DNA of 64,000 nt, taken from positions 121,706,001 through 121,770,000 of the forward strand of contig NC_042998.1 of the NCBI RefSeq assembly GCF_006345805.1, in the 5' to 3' direction. A model generated the notes under the pieces. That model did not search any database and had not been told where the DNA came from. It was given only the letters and a program-made list of their open reading frames with translations. Numbering within the stretch: position 1 is the first letter of the stretch; each line of letters begins with the position of its first letter. Position numbers and translations under genes: made by a program. The stretch is from Octopus sinensis. Lineage: Eukaryota. This document shows, in pieces, positions 1 to 13,910 of this stretch.

Positions 1-270
1 TCCTTGGGATCGTCAGTGATCTGGTTTGTGTGAAGGTTGCGAAGAGGGCCCACTGGAGAGTGAGGTCTCTGCTTTGAATGCACATATTTCCAGAAAACCT
101 TGCTGTCAGGATTGGCTGCTATGCACTGTTCAAATTCAAGCACTGCTTTTTTTGTCACTTGCTTGAGATGGTTGGAAGATTTATTCTGCTTTTTCCTGTT
201 GGTGTCTGATTTATGCAACTTGTATTCCCGTTCAGCAGTCTGACGTTCCTTCCTGGCAAGTCGGACCGCT
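1..270 (-). pseudogene. CR1/L2-clade LINE ORF2 fragment (linker between endonuclease and RT), runs off the window
   Basis: Minus-strand translation ETSAVRLARKERQ...AVLEFEQCIAANPDSKVFWKYVHSKQRPHSPVGPLRNLHTNQITDDPK matches the CR1-type 'FE..IA..NPK.FWKYV.SK....VGPL......DD' motif. Confidence 0.75.
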
Positions 271-561
271 GAAGTTTCCCAAATATATATTTGCTTACTA
301 GCATGGAAGAACGGTCATAAAATTCTGATGATGATCACACTCAATGTATAATGAAGATATTGATTGGTATTAGCTTATATAAATGCAAATTGTCTATCTC
401 TCACATATTTGCATGCTCACACAAATAAACACATGTGCAGATAAACGCATACACTGACACACATATTCATACACATATGCATAACATGCCCCATTTATTT
501 CATTTATTTCATGCACCAAACTAGAATACCACTTGTAAGAATTTAAATAAGGGGGCACGTG

Positions 562-833
<272 letters not shown>

Positions 834-1089
834 ATTCAATTAGAAAAGTCGAAAAAATTAGATGGTTGTGTGAATAATGCATATTTTTTCAAATTGTCTG
901 CCTATTAAGCTGTTCAGTAAATGAATAAATAAATAAATAAAATAAAATGAAAGAAATTAAGATAAAATAAATTCAGTGAAAGGAAAGGAGAAAGTATACA
1001 TGCATAACATACAAGCACACACCTAAACAAATGTACCTATACATGTGCACACATGTATACACACACAATGTACACACACACACACATGC

Positions 1090-1120
<31 letters not shown>

Positions 1121-1125
1121 GTATA

Positions 1126-1160
1126 CTAGCTGGTGTACCTGGTAATTCCCGGGGGTAAAG
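1126..1160 (-). mobile_element. Helitron-like 3' terminus
   Basis: Minus strand reads CCCGGGAATTACCAGGTACACCAGCTAG|T: a GC-rich degenerate hairpin followed by CTAG (1126-1129), next to a TA tract. Confidence 0.45.
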
Positions 1161-2156
1161 ATGTTCTGTTGAAATGCCTTATTACTCTGATATAAGAAAG
1201 CAATTTCATTATAACTGCCACAAAAGGTGTATTTTCCGCCATGAAAAAGTACAAAAAACTGTCAGCTTGAGGAGGGAGAGATTGTTGGAGGTTGGTGAGA
1301 GAGGTTTTTGCAGGTTGGCGAGAAAGATTATTGGAGGTTGGTGAGAGAGGTTATATAAACTTAAATGAAGTGTTTGAAGAAAGTGCAATAATAACGTTTA
1401 CACTCACTGATGGTTGCTCTCAGTAACTGCCTTTAGCTTATGGAGTTCTTGTTTTTATAACTATCAAAAAGCAGCCAGAAAGATAGACATATTGTTGAGA
1501 ACAAATGATTTTGTTGGAGGTCTGTTATCTCCATTCCAGCCAGTGGTGGTCTAGAAGAGGTTAGAAGGGTCACGCTGCAAAGGCATTATTCTGCTTAGTG
1601 AATGCATCTGGGAAATGTATAACTGCTGTCATTCACAGAAAACTATTGTTTTACCATAAGAAAAGCTCTGTTGAAGTGTTAAGTGAAATTTGGCAATTGA
1701 GGATTGAATCCATGCTATGCCTGCATGAAGCTACTACAAATATGTTGTGGAATAAAACATTTATCTACTGTCCACTAGGAGGAAACACAAGACAGATATG
1801 GTATTTTCACTCTTTTTACCATAAGTGAGGGTTTTTCTCCCCAGTAACTACAGTGAATTTGCCTTTAGAAGTTAAAATATGTCCCAAACATATTCTAATT
1901 AACTTAAAGTCCATTTATTCTGCATCACTGCTTTGTGCTGATGCTACTGCAATTTAATTTAATTTATTTCACTTTACATTCCTTTCACTTTCAGCATGAT
2001 TAAATTTTCTTTTTAAACAATTGAAGCTGGTAGCATATTTTGATAAAAATGTAAATTCTTTCTGTTACCCATGATAAAGTTCTCAAAGCATTTTCATTTT
2101 GTTTTTCAGTATAGATTTACTCATGTGTAACTGCTTAACCCTTTCAATACACACAT

Positions 2157-2189
<33 letters not shown>

Positions 2190-2619
2190 TGTGTGTGTGC
2201 ATATTTTGTATGTACATGCATGTGTGCAAAATGTACAGGCATATTTGTTTATGTGCGTGTATATGTTGTGTGTTTATTCTTTCTCTTTTCCTTTCACCAA
2301 TTTTACTTTACCCTTATTTCTTTTATTTTATTTCACTTTATTTTTTGAGTGCATATGTTGATGCATTTATTGAACTGCTTAATGGACAGACTATTTTCAA
2401 AATTTTTTTTAGAACAATCGAGAGAGTTATATTTATTATCCTTTGTCAGTCTTTATAAATAGAATCCTCCTAATTTGAAACCAGTTTGATAAGTGCCATG
2501 CATGAAACTCTTGGCCCTTGGCCCAAAATATTCCTTTACAACAATCATGTGATATCAATACAAGGAGAACACAAATACCCCACAAACATGCATGCACACA
2601 CACACATATGTATATATGT

Positions 2620-2725
2620 ATCTACCAAATTCACTCACAAAGCTTTGGTTGGCCCAGGTTATAGTAAAAGAAAAGACACTTGCCTGAAGTACTATACAGT
2701 AGGACTGAACCTGTAACTGTATTGT
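2620..2725 (-). mobile_element. tRNA-derived SINE 5' fragment
   Basis: Reverse complement aligns with the head and body of the SINE at 43787-44175. Confidence 0.65.
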
Positions 2726-2793
2726 TGGAACTACATTGTCACACTTATATCTATTACATATAAATTTGAACTATATGTGTGTGTGGGTGTGTA

Positions 2794-2891
<98 letters not shown>

Positions 2892-3561
2892 TAATTTATT
2901 CTCAAGTGCAGAATAATGCAAGAACAGCATGAATAGGATAATATCCTTATATTGCAGAAAATCTTGTCAGTGGCCAGCTATGAGACTAGAACTCACATCT
3001 CTGTGGTTACCAGTCAAGTGCTTTACCATACATCTCAACACTTTCTACAAAGCAAGCTTTGTTTACATACACATATATGCACACACACACCTCACACACA
3101 CACACATGTCCACTCTTCCTACCATACACAAATAAACAAACACCTGCACAAGAATGCACAACAACACACACACCTGCATGTACATAGAGTTGCACACACA
3201 ATTTCTCATTCCCTCACACACCTTCCTCCCACTCTGTCGCTCCCACTTTCTTTGACATCTGTATTTAACGCCTTTGTCACCAATTCTTTCTATGCAGACA
3301 ATATAACACATTCACATCACTACATTTCCACACTTGCCCAGCTCCACACATATACACACACTCCCAAAAATCCACATCTGCAAACCTCCTTCCCCATGCC
3401 CTTCTCAATACACAAATAAACACCTATATGTGTAACCTGACTCTTACCCCCTCTAACCTCCTCCTCCCCATAGAACCACCTTCTACCTGACCCCTTGCCT
3501 TTTTTTCCTTGAACCACTTTTTCTCTTTCATTCTCCATCTATACTTTGCTTCCAAATTTGT

Positions 3562-3597
3562 TTTTCTGATGAAGAGCTAATGTCTGAAATGTCAAAA
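3562..3597 (+). ncRNA. Degenerate minimal type I hammerhead motif (Penelope pLTR type)
   Basis: TTTT-CTGATGA-A-GAGC taat GTCT-GAAA-TG-TC-AAAA: both core boxes and a 4-bp stem I are present, stems II and III are damaged. It follows a C/T-rich tract like the one after the PLE ORF at 54750-55060. Confidence 0.5.
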
Positions 3598-3727
3598 CTT
3601 TCATTTCCTATTAAGAACTAAGGTAATGTAACATCTATTCAAACTTGTCCATCATGTGTTACCTTGCTTTCATTCTGCATTCAATGCTTCACAATTTATA
3701 TATTACATAAATTGCATAGTGTATATA

Positions 3728-4100
3728 TATCATCATCATCATTTAACTTCCTCTTTCCATGCTAGCATGGGTTGGACGATTTGACTGAGGACTGGTGAAC
3801 CAGATGGCTGCATCAGGCTCCAATCTGATCTGGCAGAGTTTCTACAGCTGGATTCCCTTCCTAACACCAACCACTCCTAGAGTGTAATGGGTGCTTTTAC
3901 ATGCCACCAGCACGAGGGCCAGTCAGGCAGTACTGGCAACAGCTATGTTCAAAAGGTGTTTTTTACATTCCACCTTCACAGGAACCAGTCCAGCAGCACT
4001 GGCAATGACCTCACTCAAAAGTTTTTTTCGCATGCCACCGGCATGGAAGCCAGTCAGCTGCTCTGGCAACGATCATGCTCAGATGGTGCTCTTAACGCTC
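3728..4100 (-). mobile_element. RTE-tail repeat (RTE 3' UTR or RTE-dependent SINE)
   Basis: Reverse complement ends in CAACCCATGCTAGCATGGAAAG...TTAAATGATGATGAT, the same tail as the RTE fragment at 8040-8735. Confidence 0.75.
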
Positions 4101-4175
4101 TACTATATATTTATATATATATTTATATACACATGTATACAAATTATATCTCCATTTCTCTCTCTCTCTCTCTTA

Positions 4176-4215
<40 letters not shown>

Positions 4216-4344
4216 TTGTAGTCCACAGATGAGGTCCAGAGATTCTCAGTATAAAAGATACTTAGTAATGCTCAAAAAATTCAAACTAAACTCCAATGTC
4301 TTTAGTATGTGTACATATGTAGTGTGTGCGTGATTTGAATATAG

Positions 4345-4614
4345 AGGCACCTACCTTCTCTTCTTAGTGACGGAGACCCTCCAGTGGTGACTAGTCCTTC
4401 CATGCAGCCCCGACCCGAACACTAACGATAGCAGCTGCTAGCCCAAACCCTTAGCGACGTCCTCACACGTCTTGTCACCTGCACGACCCACGTTGGAAAG
4501 GGCGCAATTCCCCGCTCCCTGCGCACGCCTGATGGCTGACCCCTTCCGATTGCCCCAGCTTCCGGTCAACGCACCCGGCTGCTGACGTCCAGCTGCTGAC
4601 GTCATCCCACAACA
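4345..4614 (-). mobile_element. CpG-rich LTR-like fragment
   Basis: GC/CpG-rich island beginning TGTTGTGGGATGACGTCA on the minus strand beside a TA tract, with TGACGTCA at 4597-4604. No CA end or TSD found. Confidence 0.3.
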
Positions 4615-4694
4615 TATATACATATTTTGTATTTCATACCCTAACTATTTTATTTAATATATTTAATGTATCTAATTTGTTTATCTGCATAATT

Positions 4695-4726
<32 letters not shown>

Positions 4727-4974
4727 ATACACACACACACACACGTATACACAGATTATACATCCAATTTATTTATCTATCTATTTATATGTATATGTAA
4801 ATACATAGACATAAATGTACATGTATGTATATTTAAATTTGTATATGTATATATATTTATATTTATTTATATAAACCAAGTACTTTAATATATATATATA
4901 TATATAAATGAATTCACTCACACACACACACACATACATGCATGCACGCATAAATGTTGATTATGAATATGTGT

Positions 4975-5025
<51 letters not shown>

Positions 5026-5540
5026 TGTATTGATTAATGTAAATACCGGGGATCTATCTAAGTATTGTGGTCTGTGTTTGTTTTTTTATTTTTGATAAAA
5101 TGGAAACTATTGATTGCACTAAACTTAAAGAATGACTCTTCTTTGCAAGGATTTCAACAACTTCTTTTTAATTAGGGGAGAAAAACCTCATTGATGGAGT
5201 AAATTGTTTGTTAACTTTCCAGTACAAATCTCTAATATCTCATCAGTATCAGCTTTGTTGTATTCCTCCCACTCCTCCTCCTCCTCCTCCTTATAGTCAT
5301 CATTGTTGTTATCTTCATTTTCATCAATTTCATTGTTGTGGCTTTTATTATCTCTACTACTACTGCTGCTGCTACCACCACCACCACCACCACCACCACA
5401 CCACCACCACCACCACAACCACCACCACCATGACCACGATCAAAATCACCACAACCACTACTACTACCACTACTACCGCCGCCACCACCACCACCACCAC
5501 CACCACCACCACCACAACCACCACCACCACCACCACCACC

Positions 5541-5586
<46 letters not shown>

Positions 5587-5590
5587 AACT
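4975..5590. repeat. Trinucleotide microsatellite cluster: (GTA)n, (CCT)n, (CAC)n, (TAC)n
   Basis: Directly visible; source of the poly-T/H/V/G ORFs at 5188-5659. Confidence 0.95.
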
Positions 5591-5679
5591 GTCTGATATG
5601 ATTATCATCTGAAGATTCAGTGTGCTGCAAACAACAATTTCAGCAGCAGCAGCAAACATGATGAGTGATTGTGTGATGA

Positions 5680-7290
5680 GAAAATCACCAGGACTGGAAG
5701 GGTTGCAGCACAGACTTTTCTGTCACATGCCTTACTTGACTTGTTCATTACTGTCTTTGCAGTTACCTGTTGCAACAGATAGCAGACTAGGAGCTTTCTA
5801 GGTTATGTGCATTGGGGAATGATGTGACTAAGAAAGGACACTAACAAAAGAATACAAAACAGACGGCTTCAGGCCTATGATTCTGTTCAACTCAGACCTT
5901 AAAAGCTGGTGCTTGTTGGCATTATAATTAGAAACGTATGGGCTTGTGTGATCCAGCAGCTCTATCCATGACAATCTTTACCTCATGAAACACACCATGG
6001 GGCAGGATCTGGCTTTGCTAGATTAATTCATATCAGTTCTAAGCATAGTCAGTTTTTATCCCAGCTTTGGAGACTAGATTGCTACAATGTATAATGGCAT
6101 TGGTTCAGTGGTCAAGCTAAATGACCAGCCTTTGGAATAGTTTTACTTCTTCCCACTCCTGTCTTATCTATATGTTTTAGCGCAAGAATCATCGCTGCAG
6201 GAGTCAAAGACACTGAACTAACTGCTCTAATTGGGACAAAGTAGAGCCATGTCTACCTATGCTGATGGTGGTGTCAAAATGACAGAAACTGAAGTTGTTA
6301 GTACCATTCTGGAGGAATTTCTAGAGTTGATAGAATTATGCATTAACCAGATCAAGTTGGTCGATTTTGAACTCAGAATCCAGAGAGGCAAATTTATGCA
6401 GGTTTGCAGCTTCTGTTACTGAACCAAGTGTCCAGTTATAGCACTAGGGGTCTGGGTTACACCAGAACTCCAGGTTAATACAATTGGAAAAGTTATAAGT
6501 AGGGTAGCCAGTCTGACTCAGAGCTGAAAGGAAGCTGTTTCTTAAAGGTCGAGCAGAAGTGGTTGGTATCTACATCACTATAGTATGGCCTCCGTGTTTT
6601 GTCACAGGACACTTCTGATTAGACTAGAGCATATACTCTTTTGTTTCTTGTGGAAAAAGCAGGTTCTGCTAGTCAGGAGATACATTTGCTGCCAATATCT
6701 ATGCCAATGGGGTTTCAAGAATCTGTGGTTAATGAAGCACAAATATGTGCTAAGGCTCATATGTTTACAGAGATTCCTGGATGAGAGAAAACAGATGTGG
6801 TTACTGCTTGTGTGACATGTATTTCTACAGCTCATTTTTGAGAGAACTGCACTTCTGGGTCAGGCACAACTGATGTTGATTGTTTGGCATTAGGAATGTT
6901 GCCAGGTGCACATTGCAATGCACCTGTTCAACCTTGTGATTGGTGGAACATCAACTTTCATATTCTGCGGAGAGTTAGTGGAGGATATGAGTGATGATGG
7001 TTGAGGAGTGATTCTGGACAAAATAGTCACTGCTAGAGGACTTTCAGGTCAGGGACTGCAAGTAAGTTTCAGAAGTAAGTTTCAGAAGTGCTTCTCTTGT
7101 TATGCTACAATAGAAGAGTGGCTGTTCCTCTTTGAGATAAACTCTTCAAGCTCGACTATGTTAGAGCTGCACAAACTTTTTTTGTTGTTGTCTGTTCCCC
7201 AGGTATTGGGGAAGACGTTTCTTGTGAAATTATAGCTCTTTTTTACAAGTACTCCAAAGAAAGTTTAATTTGGCAATGCTTGAATAAATT
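5680..7290 (+). pseudogene. Decayed Tx1/L1-clade LINE ORF2 (RT and C-terminus) with 3' end
   Basis: Ordered broken motifs SPGLEGL (5685), FRPMILFNSDLK, SIHDNLYLMK (5961), LSYLYVLAQESSL, STYADG (about 6252; YADD equivalent) and WKKQVLLVRRYIC. Ends near TGGCAATGCTTGAATAAA. Confidence 0.75.
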
Positions 7291-8039
7291 GTGTCTCAAA
7301 GAGAGAATTAAGAATGACTCAATGAAAATTTAATATAGTAATATGAAGAAAAGAAGATGTAGAGAGTGAGAGACACATTTACAAATAAGAAAGGGAGGGG
7401 TGAGAGATATTATACAATATATGGGAGGATATATTAGGATTTTAAAGTTCATGCAGATACACACATACTTATATGACAAATGTAGCAACCAAGACTTCTA
7501 TCCTGTAACCTTAATCTCATGCAGTTTGTCACAGAACCTTCTATTGGGTACAATTCTGATATGGCTCTGTGGCCTTTATGTGTTTTTAAGACTTGCAACT
7601 CCATCCTTTGTTAGCTTTGCATTGATCACTTGCCTGTGCTGTAATACAAAAGTGACAACTACTTAGAAATCTATGTCATTGTTTCCCATCACTCATTTCT
7701 TTTATTTTTATGCTGAATCTTGTAGTGATTTTTTTTCCTTTTGTGTTTTTATCAGCTGTTTGTAGGTTTTCATCTGCAATTATTGTTGCTTCTTCTTCAT
7801 CACACAATAATGGTATGGTGCTACATACAAAAGACATATTTTAGTAAAATTAAAGCTAAGACATTATGATGAAGATGTAGGTTTTTTCATCTCCAAATAT
7901 CTGAATAAGAGACATAAGTGCTTACTGGTGCATTTGAATGCACTCATACATTTTAAGAAATGGTAAATGAACAGGTTTGTGGAATGCTCTAACTCAGCCT
8001 AACCACTAATCTTTCCTGTTTAATTTCTTTGCTGGATGT

Positions 8040-8735
8040 CCAGTCAGTGTGCATGTTCGACAGAGTGTAAGTATCTTGAGAGAAAAGTTGGGTATAAAAG
8101 GCATCAGATGTGGTATGAAAGAGAGACGACTGTGCTGGTATGGTCATGTGATGCATATTGACAAGGACAGCTGTGTAAAGAAGTGCCGATCTCTAACTGT
8201 GGAGGGAACCTGTGGTAGAGGAAGATATGGGACAAGGTGGTGGAGTATGATTTTCAATTGTTGGACCTCACAGAGGCAATGACTAGTGACCGAGAGCTTT
8301 GGCAACATGCTGTGCTTGAGAAGACCCGTCAAACCAAGTGTAATTATAGTTGTGGCCGATGCCAGTGTTGCTTAACTAGCACCCATGCTGGTGGCACATA
8401 AAACACATCTTTGAGCATTGGGCCTCACAGAGGCAATGACAAATGAGCAAGACCCTTGGTGATTTGCTGTGCTTGAAAGGAAGATCCATCAAGCTAAGTG
8501 AAATTATAGTCATGACAGATACTCATGTCATGCAACTGGCACCCATGCCGGTGGCACATAAAAGCACCCATTACACTCTTGGAGTGGTTGGTGTTAGGAA
8601 GGGTATCCAGCTGTAGAAACCATGCCAAATCAGACTAGAGTCTGGTGCAACCCCTCAGCTTGCCAGCCCTGGTCAAACCATCCAACCCATGCCAGTATGG
8701 ACATTAAATGAAAATGATGATGATGATGATGATGA
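8040..8735 (+). mobile_element. 5'-truncated RTE LINE (ORF C-terminus, 3' UTR, (GAT)n tail)
   Basis: ORF 8049-8282 LREKLGIKGIRCGMKERRLCWYGHVMH...VEGTCGRGR is the RTE 'RRL.WYGHV...G.R.RGRP' C-terminus; (GAT)n tail at about 8715-8735. Confidence 0.85.
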
Positions 8736-9599
8736 ATATCTTGTCTAATTATTGTGTTTGTAATATAAAGCCTCTTTCATTGGCTTACTACAAAGTTGGA
8801 TGAACATTAAAATAATTCCACTAAAGTAATGATAGGTAAAATAAGATGAATATATATGATCTTTCAGTTTTCATTAACCAAATTCACTCACAAGGCCTTG
8901 TTCAATTGCTAGAGGTACCACACAGTAGGACTGTACCCAGAACCATGTGGTTAGGAAGGAAACTTCTTACCACACAGCCACGCCTGTACTTATATTACTG
9001 AACAACAACAATAACAAAACAAATGCCCTGATGCAATACCAGGCAGTGGTTCTCATGGTTTTTGATCTTAACTAATTGGAAGTGTTACCATGTACATTGC
9101 TTTGTCTTAGTATAAAAGATGGGCTACAGCAAGTATTCTGCTCATTACCACAAATTTGCTTGTCAGTTGCTTGACCGTAACCAGTTGAGCATGTCCCTTA
9201 GTGGTTGACAATATGTGCATCTCTGATCATGAGCACAAGTAGTGGGAGAGCATCATAGCCATGTGTTGAAAACAATTCCTTGGGTTTGAATAATTCACCT
9301 CTGGAGACATGGGTGTTTCATTCATCATACTTAAACAAACCTTATTCAGGAACCTTTTGAGTGGGATGGGTTACTCAAACCAAAGAAAATTCTAACTGGG
9401 CCCTGACCTGCAAGGTCATGTGCTGTCTATCTTGATATGAGATCATCATGTTGTGCACATGTGGTTGTGATGCATATGCCTAATGCACTCTTATCAGATG
9501 GGTAGTTGTGATGGGTATACTGGGCTTTATATATTTGTACCCTAGTGTCACTTAGATGGCATGCGCTGCTCTCTCACTCAATAATAATAACAATAGTTT

Positions 9600-9810
9600 C
9601 TGATTTAGGCACAAGTGCAGCAATTTTGAAGGGAAAGAAGTTAGTTGATACCACCAGCACCAGTATTTGACTAGTTATTTTGTTGATTGTGGTGAGATGA
9701 ATGGCAAAATTAATCTTGGCTAGACTTGAACTCAGAGTGTAAAGAGTGAGAAGAAATTCCTCAAAGTATTTTTTCCAATGTTTTAATGATTCTGGCAATC
9801 CCCCATTCTT
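9600..9810 (-). mobile_element. Degenerate SINE, same family as 59885-60080
   Basis: Shares GGCACAAG...GAACTCAGA...AATGATTCTG blocks with 59885-60080. Confidence 0.55.
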
Positions 9811-10648
9811 GTGATTGATAATAATAATCAAAGAATCTTTATTTCTAACTCAGTTAGTAGCTAGAATTGATTACTGATCAAATTTAATTTACATGATATA
9901 GATACATACATACACGTGCGTGCATGCACATGCATACACACGTATGCATGTATGTATATGATTTCTTCTGTCCATATTTTGTATTCAAATTACATTAGTG
10001 CACAGCTTTATTTTATTTTCTTATTTCCTTGGGGGTGGAGTCGATAAAAATAAGTATTAGTTGTGTATGAGTAAAATCATTATTAGAAGTTATAAAGGAC
10101 AAAGTGAAGTGATTAGAAGCTAATGTACAATGTAAGCAATTTAGAAAGTGCTAAGGAGAAAAACAATAGTAGTACAGCAGCAAAAAAAAAGGAAAAACAA
10201 TTTGAGAGAAAGAGAAGTATGTGGAGTTTTTAGTGTTATTTTTTTTGCTTAATAGTATGATTTCTCAGCTTTCAAGTTAAAAGAAATAAATGAACAAATA
10301 AATAAAGATTAAAGATTTCAGCTGTTGTTGTAGGTTTTTCTTGACCCAACATTTTGTTTCCAACCTAATGAGATTTCTATTTGAAAGGTTTCGTTTTTAC
10401 AAACAATTTCTTCAAAACACAGAAATGAAACAAATACAACTTAACACACAGACCCAGACACACACAGAAACACACACGCACACACACAAATACATGAACA
10501 CCATGCACATATATGCACTCAGAAATACAAACAAATGTGCATACACATACACTCCTATATATACACACAAATCAGAAAAATGTGTACACAAATCAGAAAA
10601 ATGTGTACACAAATATACATACACACTTTTACATATATATACTTTATT

Positions 10649-11103
10649 GAGGTCATCATTGTCTTATGACCTATGTGACTTACAACCAATTGACTTTATG
10701 ATGAATGACCCGCCAGCTCCCGGCAGCAATAATAAATAGTCCAGTTGAAATCTAATGGGTTTAATTTCTTAGAAATTAACCTATCTATGGGTGATGTCAA
10801 CTGACAAATGCTTCCTCTAGGTTTGGTTATCGATTGCCACTGTGATTATCCCAAGTGTTGGATGAATATCCTATCGAGGAGTCATCGACACAACCTCATA
10901 TTTGTTTATAAGATGACTGCTTGAAACTCCAAAATTTTTGACTAATGTCAGTGTAATAGTATAATACAGAATGCTGTGTGTGACTTTTACCTGAGAATGT
11001 ACCTTAAGAATGTAAAAATATAAAACAAAGCTATGTAAGCCTATAGGCCAACTTACGACCAATCAGTCGGAACCAATTGCGGTCGTAAGTCGATGAAGAC
11101 CTG
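10649..11103. mobile_element. pogo/Tigger-like MITE
   Basis: Right TIR GGTCGTAAGTCGATGAAGACCTG|TA; left end GAGGTCATCATTGTCTTATGACC matches its reverse complement at 18/23. Subterminal ACTTACGACC...GGTCGTAAGT inverted repeat. Confidence 0.6.
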
Positions 11104-11112
11104 TATATATAC

Positions 11113-11156
<44 letters not shown>

Positions 11157-11389
11157 CTGAAGAAGGGGAATTTTCCTTGTGTTGTATGTCCTGTAGTCTA
11201 TTTTTTTGTTGTTTAAGAAAAATGTCCATTTCCTTGGTTTTGTGTTTATGTTTTTGTTTCTCATTGTATTTGACGTTTTTTTTGTGTCCTGTACCCATAT
11301 ATGCATGTATATATACATGTAGAGGTAGGTATGTACATATATGTATGTATATATGCATATGTTTTATTTATTAATTTATATATATATAG

Positions 11390-13140
11390 GAGAGGAAAAA
11401 ATAATAAGGCAGAATGCTAAACTGAAAGTAAATTTTAATAAAAATTGGTGTATGAAAAATTAAAAGAAATCAAACAAGCTTTCATTGCAAGGCAAATTTT
11501 CAAGATTTGGAAGGGAAGAAAAAATTTCTAAACTGAGGAAGGGGAAAAAAGAAATTTACAATGTTTTTTAAAAAAATAATAAATATATACAAAAATGAAT
11601 AAATAAGTATACCAATACATTGTAGTGTCTTTATGCTTTTAAAGTTCAATATTAGTTCATGGAAAAACTTCTTTGGAGGATTAGGATGCATGTGTTTTGG
11701 TGTAGTGTTTTGTTTGAAAAAGTTGGATGTTTATGTGTCAAAACAGGAAATGGAGTAGGAGTTATCCAGTTTCTGTGAGTAAGGGGAGACAATTCTGTGG
11801 ATTTTATATTCTTTAATTGGAATGCTGGATTTTTTGTCAAACAGGATGCTTATATCTATTTTTTGTCAGACAGGATGCTAGAAAAAGGAAAACGCTCACC
11901 GTGGAGTTTGCATATTAAGAAGAGTTTGGAATTTTTCAATAAAAAGATTCTTCTTGTTGATTCTTTCTTGTGTAGAGATTCTGTCTTTACATTGACAGAA
12001 AGGGAATATATGAAATTTGGGATTTTTATTTCTAGTGTGTGTTTTCGAAGAGGAAGTAATTGTTTGTCAAAATGAACTTGAGTGATTCTGTAATGATGGT
12101 CTTGTTAATGTGGTTAAGAAATGCTTCTGGATGTTTCTCCAGCCAGAAATCAATTGCCTCAATACTATATTCATGTGGGATGTTGGTATAGTGGTTGATA
12201 ACATCAAAGGAAACAAAGAATGCCTCCTCGTTGGTTGTTTTCGTGAGGTGCTTGAGCATGTCAAGATCGTCTCTAATGAAACTTTTGATGTGACTGAGGA
12301 AAGGTTTCAAAAGGATGTCCAGGAAATTGCTCAAGCGGTGTGTTTCACAGGAGGTGCCAGCTATGATCGGCCTTAGTTTTAGGTCCTCCGGTGTCTTAAT
12401 GTTGATGTGGATGTCAAAGGAGAGTTTGCAGTCTTTGGTGATGGACTTGTTTTATGGACTTTAGGGAGGCCATAGAAGAGGTTGGGCTTGCATTTGAAGT
12501 TGGTGATGTAATCCTTTTCTTTTTCTGTGAGCTTTTGACCATGTTGTATGAGAGTGGTGAGGTTTTTGAGTGTTTTTTGTTGTTTATAGTTAGTGATTAT
12601 TTCATAGAAAGAGTTGTCATTAAATAATGAAAGTATTTGTAAAAATCTGTATCCATAAGGACCACAGTACTACCTTTGTTGGCTTCTTTAATAGTAAGGC
12701 ACTTGTCCTGTTGTAGGTCTTGTAGGTTTTTCCATTCATTACTATTAAAGTTGGACTTAACCTTGGTTTTGTATGGGGTAAAAGGGAGACTCTGGCTGTG
12801 GTTGCAAAAATCATCCAGTGCTTTATTTCTTCCTTTGGATGGTAGGTAGTTACTTTTATTTTTAACAATTGAATCATCCTCATTGTTGAGGTCTATAAAA
12901 GCTTCTGTTAGACGAAGTTTTCTGCAAAATTCTGAAATGTCATCCTTGATCTCCGGGGAGTTGTGTTCTTGGGGTGGGTGTGAATTTCAAGCCTCTGGCT
13001 AGGATGCTAATTTGGGTTGGTGTAAGGGTTTTTTATTAGAGAGGTTTGTTATTTTAGTTTTCTTTTTATGGGTCTGTGTAAGTGGTGGTGCCTGTTTTTT
13101 CACTGTCTAAAAAATGGTTATTGAAGTAAGGGGTGTAGTG
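11390..13140 (-). mobile_element. Penelope-like element, RT N-terminal half, internally deleted
   Basis: Minus translations LARGLKFTPTP, FYGLPKVHK, LRPIIAG and ORF 12032-12334 SNFLDILLKPF...SFDVINHYTNIPH...ILTNNYFLFENTH. Homology breaks near 12035, before the expected GTAMG motif. Confidence 0.85.
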
Positions 13141-13168
13141 ATTATTATATGTATATATATATATATAT

Positions 13169-13212
13169 CTGAGGAAGGGATATCCATAATATCCCAGAAA
13201 CAGCTGTAAGAC
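13169..13212 (+). ncRNA. Minimal hammerhead motif, stem I 5' strand lost in (TA)n
   Basis: CTGAGGA-A-GGGATAT ccata ATATCCC-A-GAAA-CAGCTG-TA-AGA; palindromic stem III ACAGCTGT, GUA cleavage triplet at 13206-13208. Confidence 0.65.
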
Positions 13213-13275
13213 TATTTCCTTATAAATGTCCTGAAAACTCTTTACAGCCTTGGTTTTGTTATCTCATTCTGTCTA

Positions 13276-13309
<34 letters not shown>

Positions 13310-13411
13310 ATACATATATATATATATATGCATGCTAACACAAGACCCACATTAGACCCCTCACTTATATCATTATCGAACCAAAAGTTTGGGTCTTCTA
13401 GATACCAATAC

Positions 13412-13449
<38 letters not shown>

Positions 13450-13561
13450 GTATTGGTATCTAGAAGACCCAAACTTTTGGTTTGATAATGATATAAGTGA
13501 GGGGTCTAATGTGGGTCTTGTGTTAGCATGCATATATATATATATATATATATATATGTAT

Positions 13562-13595
<34 letters not shown>

Positions 13596-13910
13596 TAGAC
13601 AGAATGAGATAACAAAACCAAGGCTGTAAAGAGTTTTTATTTCTAGTGTGTGTTTTCGAAGAGGAAGTAATTGTTTGTACCAATACCTCTCATATATATA
13701 TATATATGAGAGGTATTGGTATCTAGAAGACCCAAACTTTTGGTTCGATAATGATATAAGTGAGGGGTCTAATGTGGGTCTTGTGTTAGCATGCATATAT
13801 ATATATATGTATACACACGCACACACACACACATATATATATATATTAGACAGAATGAGATAACAAAACCAAGGCTGTAAAGAGTTTTCAGGACATTTAT
13901 AAGGAAATAG

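Noticed and set aside
1400-1830. Possible Helitron Pif1 helicase remnant on the minus strand (V-A-S-S-G-I-A near 1720-1745)
   Set aside because: The match needs a frameshift, and Walker A and downstream motifs are not convincingly present. It needs a tBLASTn or HMM hit.
7680-7823. Minus-strand open frame TIPLLCDEEEATIIADENLQ...
   Set aside because: The acceptor is weak, there is no good donor, and a purine-rich composition explains the open frame.
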